64,000 bases of DNA from Minutocellus sp. GHC0000111. Lineage: Eukaryota. Every line of letters starts with the position of its first letter. Position 1 is the first letter of the stretch. The DNA is taken from assembly GCA_977018835.1 (NCBI GenBank), contig OZ361256.1, positions 2,294,001 to 2,358,000 of the forward strand. The letters run 5' to 3'. This document shows, piece after piece, positions 56,716-64,000 of the stretch. The notes beneath the pieces were generated by a model. That model saw nothing but the letters and a program-made list of their open reading frames with translations. It was not told the origin of the DNA and did no database searches. The position numbers were made by a program, and so were the translations under genes.

Positions 56716-57690
56716 ATGACTCTCTCCGAGAGGATACTCGTGGCATCAGCATTCACTGTCGTTATCTGCGTGTTGCAACCACCTCTCGCATCATCGTTCA
56801 TCCTTCAAGGACAAACGCCACAACAGCAAAATGGAGCGAGGTATGCTATAAAGGAATTGCCAATGCACGATGTCGACGGGGTCTTATGCCGGGAGGTCTC
56901 CATTGAAGTAGGGGGAATCGGCCCGATAACTATCCTCGAGGCCACAGCTGAATCACAAGAAGTGCTGGTCGATGCTGCCCTTGCCTTGGATGAGGACGAA
57001 GTGGAGCAAAAGGCAGATGGGGGACCAAGTGTTACACTGGAAAAGGGAGATCCATATGGCAGCGTGCTCTGGCCGGCGGCATCTGCGGTTGCAAATCATC
57101 TCATGTCAACAGGAACCAATGGAGACGACAGAGACATTGGTCAACAAACACTGCTTGAGCTTGGGACAGGGACAGGATTGGTTGCACTGGCGGCGGCCCA
57201 AGCAGGATATGGCAAAGTGATTGCTACCGATTACGAGACAGTCCCGCTCAAGTTGTTGGAATACTCGGCCGCCAAGCTCAATGGCGACGAGGATCTCAAT
57301 GCGCGAATAGAAACGGCCAAGCTTGATATTTGTGACTTTGACACACCTCTGCCTGATGCAGACATTGTCTGTGCAGCAGACATAATGTATGAGCCCAAGA
57401 CTGGAAAGGCGACAGCTCACAGGACTGTGGAGGCATTGAAACGAGGGAGCCGTGTGGTGATTGGTTGCTCGCCCGGAAGGCCTGGCCGGCCGGCGTTCTT
57501 AGAAGAGCTGAAAAAGCTTGTTCCTGGTATCGACGCCATTTTTATCGACTCGGAAGGAACCACGTGCTCTGGTCCTCGTCACGAGCTGATATGTGGAGAG
57601 GGTTCGACATCCATATCGGAGAAGCCCAAGATGTTGTTGGTGGCTCTGATGGATTTGGAACCTTCATCGATACCACCAAGTAATTTATAG
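56716..57690 (+). CDS. SAM-dependent methyltransferase (Methyltransf_16-like), probably plastid-targeted
   Basis: DPYGSVLWPAA, LELGTGTGL, VIATDY, CAADIMYE; ASS-F presequence. Confidence 0.88.
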   Translation: MTLSERILVASAFTVVICVLQPPLASSFILQGQTPQQQNGARYAIKELPMHDVDGVLCREVSIEVGGIGPITILEATAESQEVLVDAALALDEDEVEQKADGGPSVTLEKGDPYGSVLWPAASAVANHLMSTGTNGDDRDIGQQTLLELGTGTGLVALAAAQAGYGKVIATDYETVPLKLLEYSAAKLNGDEDLNARIETAKLDICDFDTPLPDADIVCAADIMYEPKTGKATAHRTVEALKRGSRVVIGCSPGRPGRPAFLEELKKLVPGIDAIFIDSEGTTCSGPRHELICGEGSTSISEKPKMLLVALMDLEPSSIPPSNL

Positions 57691-57837
57691 TAATTCCAAT
57701 TCAATTCGAGCGAGAGAAGGCGTGCATGCATATTCTGAGTTAAATATTTGGATTCGCTCCTACTAAACTTCGTAGGGAAATGCACCATTCCTAGCATCAA
57801 ATGCTCTAATGACGACTCATGTACATTCACACAACAA

Positions 57838-58890
57838 TTAAAACTCCTCATTCAACGACATGGTCCGATCGAGTGGAACAATGGCATGGTCCTCTCTCAT
57901 CTCGTCGACACTGACATTGTTGTCTTCTCCCCTTTCACCACCATCTTTTTCGCTTGCTCGCTCGAGCTCTGGCAGGCCCAACCGAGATCGCTCAAAATCT
58001 ACCAACGTGTTGATATGCTTCACAACGTCATCTCGCGACAGACCATGTTTCACACCTGGCCGTGCCTTGACCTCGAAAATGAGCACCCGCTCCTTGGCAA
58101 TACCGCCGCTTCCACTGGGCGATTTGGATTTGATCAGAACGCCCGTGTTGATGATGCGTCCATCGCCAGCTAGGAGTCCTAATCTGGCCCATTCATAGAC
58201 GTCACGGACATAATGTCACGAAGGGGGACAGTCTTGGTGAGGACGATGCTCTCGCTGATGGCAACCACGTCTCCATCATCTTCGTCTGCAAAGATGAATT
58301 GGGAAGAAGTGAGTCGGACGGCGGGTCCTTGGGCAGCATCGACCACGTCTAGCTGGGCGTTGATGACGGCATTGGGTGGCTTGATGACATCGGAGGGAGC
58401 TTTGGGCTTTGCATCCTTTGGAGTACCGGCAGATCTGCCTGACGCCACAGTAGTGGAGCCCACGCTACTCGACTGATGAACGTTGTATTGGCCGAGCCGA
58501 CGGAGCCATCGCACTTGTACGTTTCTAAGTGCTAGATCGGCTAATCGGTAATAGAATTGATCCTGACTCTCGATGCAGAGCAAAGAATGCCGCCAAGGCG
58601 CAATCGTTCAATGGGGCCGCAGACCACCATATTACCGGTCGACAAGGCTTGAGCACTCTTGACTTTGACTTCAGCTCGTTTTTAATTTTGTTGGCGTTTG
58701 ATCCAAAGGATGGATGTTTTTCACATGCAAATCGCATCGCCAGCACTCCAGGATGTGGCATTCAACGCCAGTGGTCCAGTGAAAGGTCAAGGTTCGATGA
58801 TCGAAAAGGCGATGCAGGCGCGCTTTACTTGAGTCGATCGAGTCAGGCTTCGAGAAAATGAATGACCCCGACGATGATCTCCAGTCATGT
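57838..58890 (-). pseudogene. Fragmented gene remnant with multiple frameshifts
   Basis: Coding-like segments continue across frames (..KTVPLRDIMSVTS / EWARLGLL..NTGVLIK..LIFEV..RDDVVKHINTLVDFERSR); breaks near 58197 and 58540. Confidence 0.55.
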
Positions 58891-58973
58891 TTCCAGCTCT
58901 CATTATTTCTCTGCCGCAGAACCCTTGCATAGATAGTCGCCCACGTAGAATCTCCACAACCATCAAGCAAATA

Positions 58974-59564
58974 ATGAAAGGTTATTCGATTCATTGCATA
59001 GTAATTCTCTCGGCGTTTGTAGGCGCGTCTGCACAACACGACATAGTTGTCGACGGTCGGAGGCACCTTCGAGGAACCAAGAGAAGCGAAAGTACGAACA
59101 AGTCGAGCTCGAGTTCGAGCTCAAATTATGCGTCATCAACAAGTAGTGCCGGACGCCGCAGTGACAGCAGCAGCGGCAACAAAAGCGCCGCGGAAGAATC
59201 ATCGCCGCCGGCAATTTTCGTGGAGCCATTAATCGACACCGACGAGACTGTTCTGGGCCAGCGTTTTGAATATCCAACTGGGAGAGCTGCAATCACCGCG
59301 GTGAAAATAATCATCCCTCCAGGTGCAGCTACAGGGCCCCACGAGCACTCCATACCCTTATTTGGTTACGTGACGAAGGGAACGCTGACAGTTGACTATG
59401 GGTCGAAGGGGGAAATTACGTATAAGAAGGGTGACAGCCTCGTGGAAGCTGTCGATTGGCCGCATGAGGGTAGAAACAAGGGTAAGAAGGACTACGAACT
59501 GATTGCAGTCTACGCAGGGGCAAGGGGGGTCCCTCTAAGCGAATCAACAAAAACGTTAAAGTGA
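58974..59564 (+). CDS. Secreted cupin-domain protein with bacterial-type cupin
   Basis: Signal peptide, RRHLRG, Ser-rich linker, IPPGAATGPHEHSIPLFGYVTKG...GDSLVEAVDWPHEGRN. Confidence 0.85.
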   Translation: MKGYSIHCIVILSAFVGASAQHDIVVDGRRHLRGTKRSESTNKSSSSSSSNYASSTSSAGRRSDSSSGNKSAAEESSPPAIFVEPLIDTDETVLGQRFEYPTGRAAITAVKIIIPPGAATGPHEHSIPLFGYVTKGTLTVDYGSKGEITYKKGDSLVEAVDWPHEGRNKGKKDYELIAVYAGARGVPLSESTKTLK

Positions 59565-59947
59565 GATTGTGCCCAAACATACCAAAATAGGTATAATACA
59601 GCAAACGAATCCCTTGCGGCCATGAAATGCACATCAATGAATTCTCAATCATATATACACATGAAGCTACCGGTATTGTGAAGTTAACAAGTCCTGCACG
59701 AAAGTGTGCAAACTTCCGGGGGAAAGCCAAAAGCTGTAACTAGATCTAATAGCAGCCGCACGTGGCTAGCCATCTACATCTAGATCGAGTACCGGTTGTG
59801 AATGAAAATCCTAGCATGAACAAATACTGTGTGTAGTCTAGACTCTACATGTACTACGTACTTATCTGGGGCTAGAGTAGTGTTGATGATTGATATGTAC
59901 AAAGATGAATTAGATTGGAAAGATCGCTTTTAAAATGTCGTTACGCG

Positions 59948-60679
59948 TTATGCGCATTTCATGGCCTCGGCCTCGTCCCTCTTGCCAGCAAGGAGGGCGC
60001 GCTTCTTGGCGTTTTTAGTGGTGGACTCGTAGACGGCGGCGATGTAGGATGATGTAAAGCTGCTGGCATCTTGTGCCTCAAGGACGGTATTGATGGCCAG
60101 CAATTGTACCTGTTGCTGGCGTTGAAGAACAGTAGCAGAACGCAGATGCTCGAGGCCGCGGTAGCAATACTTTGACTCGTCCAATGTTTCTCCATATTCA
60201 AGGCCATGGTTGCGCATGTGACGGACGGTGCGCTTCATCTCCTTCTTTTGACGAAGGGCGTCGGTAGGGCCGTACCAGGTGTCGTCGATTTCGTGTTGGG
60301 GCATTTGCCATACGCTAGAAATTACCAGGCAGCGGATGCTTTTGTTGAAGCGAACCGAGCGCAACGGTGATGATGGTGAGGATGGCGAAGGCGAATGGCC
60401 TTTCTCCTGGCTTCTTCGGCACGAAGTGGAAAGCACTTTTCCTTCAGAGCCGGCGAAAGTAGAAATGGTAGTCGGCGCAGATGAGACATAAGAATCGTCA
60501 CCCCACAGGTCTGCTTTAGCGTCAGTGCGACGATGGACAAGACGGGAAATGGAATTTGCTGCATCAGTCACTTTCGTGCTCTCGTGTCCACGGCGGCATC
60601 GGGAGGACTCGGCGCAGGTAGTATCGTCGCCGGCAACGGTTGGGTAGCTACAGAAAGTAGTAGAGGGCGTCATCATCAT
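59948..60679 (-). CDS. Diatom-type uncharacterised family protein (SVRF..WY..CxRGLE..VLxxQ)
   Basis: RSVRFN, DDTWY, CYRGLEHL, VLEAQ, IAAVY, ALLAGKRD. Confidence 0.75.
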   Translation of the reverse strand: MMMTPSTTFCSYPTVAGDDTTCAESSRCRRGHESTKVTDAANSISRLVHRRTDAKADLWGDDSYVSSAPTTISTFAGSEGKVLSTSCRRSQEKGHSPSPSSPSSPLRSVRFNKSIRCLVISSVWQMPQHEIDDTWYGPTDALRQKKEMKRTVRHMRNHGLEYGETLDESKYCYRGLEHLRSATVLQRQQQVQLLAINTVLEAQDASSFTSSYIAAVYESTTKNAKKRALLAGKRDEAEAMKCA

Positions 60680-61356
60680 GACGATTGAGTGATTGAGAGA
60701 TGGTATTGATTGTGCGCTTGCTACAAATGTGATGATAAGGAGAAGGTGGGATATCAATGTGCGTGGCACATCAATTGGTAGGTCGGTGGCACATTGCCCA
60801 TTTCCGGAAATGCGCAATTCCGAGGAGACCTCTTTTAGGAATCATTTGAAGAGTGGCAGTGATCAACATCCACTTTCTTGAAATGTGGCCTACATCAAAC
60901 AACGGGACAAAGGGACAACGATCCCGAGAAGAACGAAGTTCCGGAAAAATAAATAGAAAAAGCGGAAATGTCGAACTGCAGAACCGAAGGCCTGCACTTC
61001 AAAAATACATAAATTCGGAGAACATTGAAGGTTTCCGCGGAGTGCTTGCCATCGTGCGTCACTTTCTCTTCAGAACGAGGGCCAGAGACGTCAGAGACAA
61101 AAAGAATGGGGCCTAAATCGTCATTTGAACGAGGACTCCCGGTTCAAAATTTCTGCAATTTCCGAAAATGACGGCAGCCGCATGAAAGACAGCTCGACTT
61201 GTCCCTTGTCCCACCTTGCTGTCCCGAACCATATCATACACTCTATGCTCCAGGCCCAACAAGATTTTTCCCACTTTCACAGCGATCATAAACACGCCCA
61301 GGCTCAACCCAACAACAACCAATCGCAACTACAACTCAAGAGACCTCAATCGAATC

Positions 61357-62046
61357 ATGTCCTCCGCTTCTTCCTCGCCTGCCAACCTCGCGGCTGTTCC
61401 ATCTGCTGCCACCGCTGTCGCCCCTCTGCTTCGTCGTCCTCGCCAGGTCGGCTTCAACAGCCGGACGCAGGTCTACCTCGTCCCGTCTCTCAGCGAATAC
61501 ACCGACGAGGAACTCGAGGCCTGCTTTACCACCGAACGAGACACCAAGCGCAATCAGCGTGACATCGTCACCAATGTTACCGGCGCTCGCACTCACGTAA
61601 TTTATGCTGAGGGCATCTGCATCCGTGGCCTCGAGTATCTCGTCAATCCCAGCGACATCCAAGACCGCCAGACTGCCAAGGAACGGCACGACGATGCCGT
61701 CCTCGACGAGCAGGACCGCCAGTGGGACGCCGGTGTCTTCCCCACCGACTGCGACTCCATCGCCGAGGAATCTCTCCGCACCTCCCAGGAATCTTGCGAC
61801 AGGGCCGAGATGATGGGCGCCAAGGATGCCGTCGCTGCCCGCAAGATCAACGAGACGACCGCCACCGCCGCTAGCAACAACAAGGCCGGCAGAATCAGCA
61901 AGAGGCGCTCCAGTGTTCAATCCGTTGCCTCGCATCGTCGTTCGAGCTCGTTCTCGGAGTGCTCCCTCCCCGAGGAGGCGAGCAAGGAGCATACTTCCCA
62001 GGTAATGGCCGCCGCCAATCAGCAGCAAGTGGCCCCTCAAGTCTGA
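61357..62046 (+). CDS. Paralog of the same uncharacterised family, divergently transcribed
   Basis: RQVGFN, EACFTT, CIRGLEYL, VLDEQDRQ, IAEES, AEMMGAKD. Confidence 0.78.
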   Translation: MSSASSSPANLAAVPSAATAVAPLLRRPRQVGFNSRTQVYLVPSLSEYTDEELEACFTTERDTKRNQRDIVTNVTGARTHVIYAEGICIRGLEYLVNPSDIQDRQTAKERHDDAVLDEQDRQWDAGVFPTDCDSIAEESLRTSQESCDRAEMMGAKDAVAARKINETTATAASNNKAGRISKRRSSVQSVASHRRSSSFSECSLPEEASKEHTSQVMAAANQQQVAPQV

Positions 62047-63175
62047 GCAACCCTTTATCATCCACCGCTTACATTTGTCACATTGATGATGACACGTTCT
62101 CCTATCGACAACCCAGAGAACACACGCACAAGCATGAATTAAATTATGTAATGCTTCGTGATAACAGCATGTACATAAAAATAGGTGGTCTGGACGACGG
62201 TTGTTAACCCCCACAAACTTATTTCCTTATTGTTAATAGTAAAAAATAATAAATATAGTTCGAGCGCACCATGTCCTCCATGTCAATGCTCTTGCTAATG
62301 CTGCAATGGCATCTGCGCATGTAACAGTGGCAAGGATTGAAGACGACAAAGAAATGCCCGCACAGAGAAGAAGAGAACCATGCCAGGAGGAGCCAGCCAG
62401 TCAACCAGCCACAGACTTAATCTAGCAGCTACCTTTGAAGGCTTCATGCAGGCCAACAATCCCAATGCTTGGAGAGACCACGACCTGCACTTCAGTAAAT
62501 CTACATGAGCTGACTCCTCCTACCCCCCATCCTCACCCCATCTTGTGTAACGACTGCAACCGTGCGATTCTTGTTTTTTTATGTTTTGTTGACATTCGTC
62601 CTTCCTGATGATGCAAGTGCGGCTGCCTGCCTACATAGATTTGGTTCTAACTTTTCACTATGACAGATAGATGTAAGCTGTACTTAATAGGACGACACTA
62701 CCCCCTACCACCACTTTCATGGGGCTAGCTACTAGAGAAGAAGAACAGTCTCTCTACCGGCCTCAGGTTGAGGTTGTTTTTATGCCGCTCCTGTTGCTGC
62801 TTTGCCCCAAGTAACCCGGACTTTTTCCCGAGAGCGTGCTCGCGGCCTCTCGCATTTGTTTTCTTCAATAAGCCCAAATGGTGCAGAGTTCTGCATGCTC
62901 TCAACCATACTTGCGATCGATCCGTCGCTCCAGTCAGGGATCTACTCTGCATATAGTCTTACAACTGTATCTACAATTATGTCGCATTACGTCGATCCGT
63001 TCGCGGGTTGTGTGCAGGCGAAACTCTGCACTAAGACCCTACGCCTGGTTTTCGAGCAATGTGCCAGCCCCCAGTTCCTGCCCTCCTCCCTGCTTGCATT
63101 TGTCATCAGACGAGGTCGGTATCCCACTCTCGTTCACTAGCATCACGCCGGTGCCAACACAACACGAGCGACACG

Positions 63176-64000
63176 TCAGTAAACAATACCTAACAAATTG
63201 GTAAGATCAGGATGTCTGGTGGTCCGGCCCACGTGAGGAGAAGAAACCAGATCGACCCCGTGGTCATCCTCTACCCAGCCATCGGGGTTGACATCCTCAT
63301 CACGGAGCCCCCAGCGATGATACAAAAAATGGCCAGGATCAGTCTCCGGGGACCTCGAACATTGAAGACCTGTAAAATTAGCCACGCACGTGTTCCCTCG
63401 GAGACCCCTGTTATATGAAAGTCGGCTGCATCTTCCAAATTTCTCTCGTCCCTCTGTTCGCGTAGCCTCCAACCGAGACTGGCGCACACGAAGAGCGACC
63501 TCATAAGCAGCCTTCGTAATCATACCAGTGCGTACCCCCAATCTTACTAACGCGGCATTTTCGCGGTCGAGTGTTCTGTCGTAGCAGCCTAGAGCCACGG
63601 CAATAAGCAAATGACGGAACGATGACCACAGGCGATCCTGATCAAATTCCATGCACCCAAGATGGAAGTGCGCACCTCCATCTGCACAACCCAGTAATAT
63701 CGCTTCTTTGAAATATGTCTCGGCCCTTTTGAAATTGGGATGCAGCCCATGCTTGCCGATATAAAATGCTTCAGCAAGAAGGAAGATTCCCTCCGCACAT
63801 CCGAGCTGGTGTAAGCGAAACAAGTGACGAACGACAGTATGATCAGACAGTTCACCCGAGCGCACTTCATGCAAAATGACATTAACATCCTTCTTTTCCA
63901 GCCGGGCTTTCAAAAACTGTTCTATAACCCCAATGCAGTCGGAACTCGACTGCCTACAAAAAGGGCAAGACGAGCCTCTCGTTCGTGTGGTAATGTCCAA
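63176..64000 (-). CDS. RING-end (CPFCR) + Sel1-repeat protein, 5' part outside the window
   Basis: CPFCR followed by AEGIFLLAEAFYIGKHGL..RAETYFKEAILLG..AHFHLG. Confidence 0.72.
   Translation of the reverse strand: MDITTRTRGSSCPFCRQSSSDCIGVIEQFLKARLEKKDVNVILHEVRSGELSDHTVVRHLFRLHQLGCAEGIFLLAEAFYIGKHGLHPNFKRAETYFKEAILLGCADGGAHFHLGCMEFDQDRLWSSFRHLLIAVALGCYDRTLDRENAALVRLGVRTGMITKAAYEVALRVRQSRLEATRTEGREKFGRCSRLSYNRGLRGNTCVANFTGLQCSRSPETDPGHFLYHRWGLRDEDVNPDGWVEDDHGVDLVSSPHVGRTTRHPDLTNLLGIVY

Noticed and set aside
1..64000. tRNA, rRNA or snRNA genes
   Set aside because: None recognised by eye; a covariance-model scan would be needed to exclude them.

Overview
Eukaryotic, gene-dense nuclear DNA, almost certainly from a diatom. 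Support: short GT-AG introns, several bipartite signal+transit peptides with the ASAF-like cleavage site, nuclear-encoded ChlH, and a thiolase with PTS1. About 35 genes or gene remnants are present, including ferroportin, Mago nashi, an MDP1-cold-shock-ASCH fusion, PDZ-ferredoxin, MFS, LYAR, Misato, a phosphate carrier, ISY1, poly(A) polymerase with an inserted CCCH finger, thiolase, ChlH, Nop53, an LtrA-like protein, DUF3067, a methyltransferase, a cupin and a Sel1-repeat protein. Mobile DNA includes a complete 2.3-kb Tc1/mariner element with DD38D spacing, TIRs and a TA duplication. There is also a non-coding repeat family present as a ~1.5-kb inverted pair about 14 kb apart, with diverged tandem subunits, and a 628-bp internally deleted non-LTR element with a TSD and (TTCT)n tail inserted into that repeat. 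Two window-wide signals stand out. (1) Many conserved genes carry lesions (frameshifts, deletions, 5' truncations, a broken splice donor), suggesting a decaying duplicate or haplotype segment. (2) Intergenic DNA is littered with TA-NNNN-TA palindromes that look like chained and nested transposon excision footprints, with empty-site evidence inside the window. All calls are from motif recognition by eye; no searches were run.
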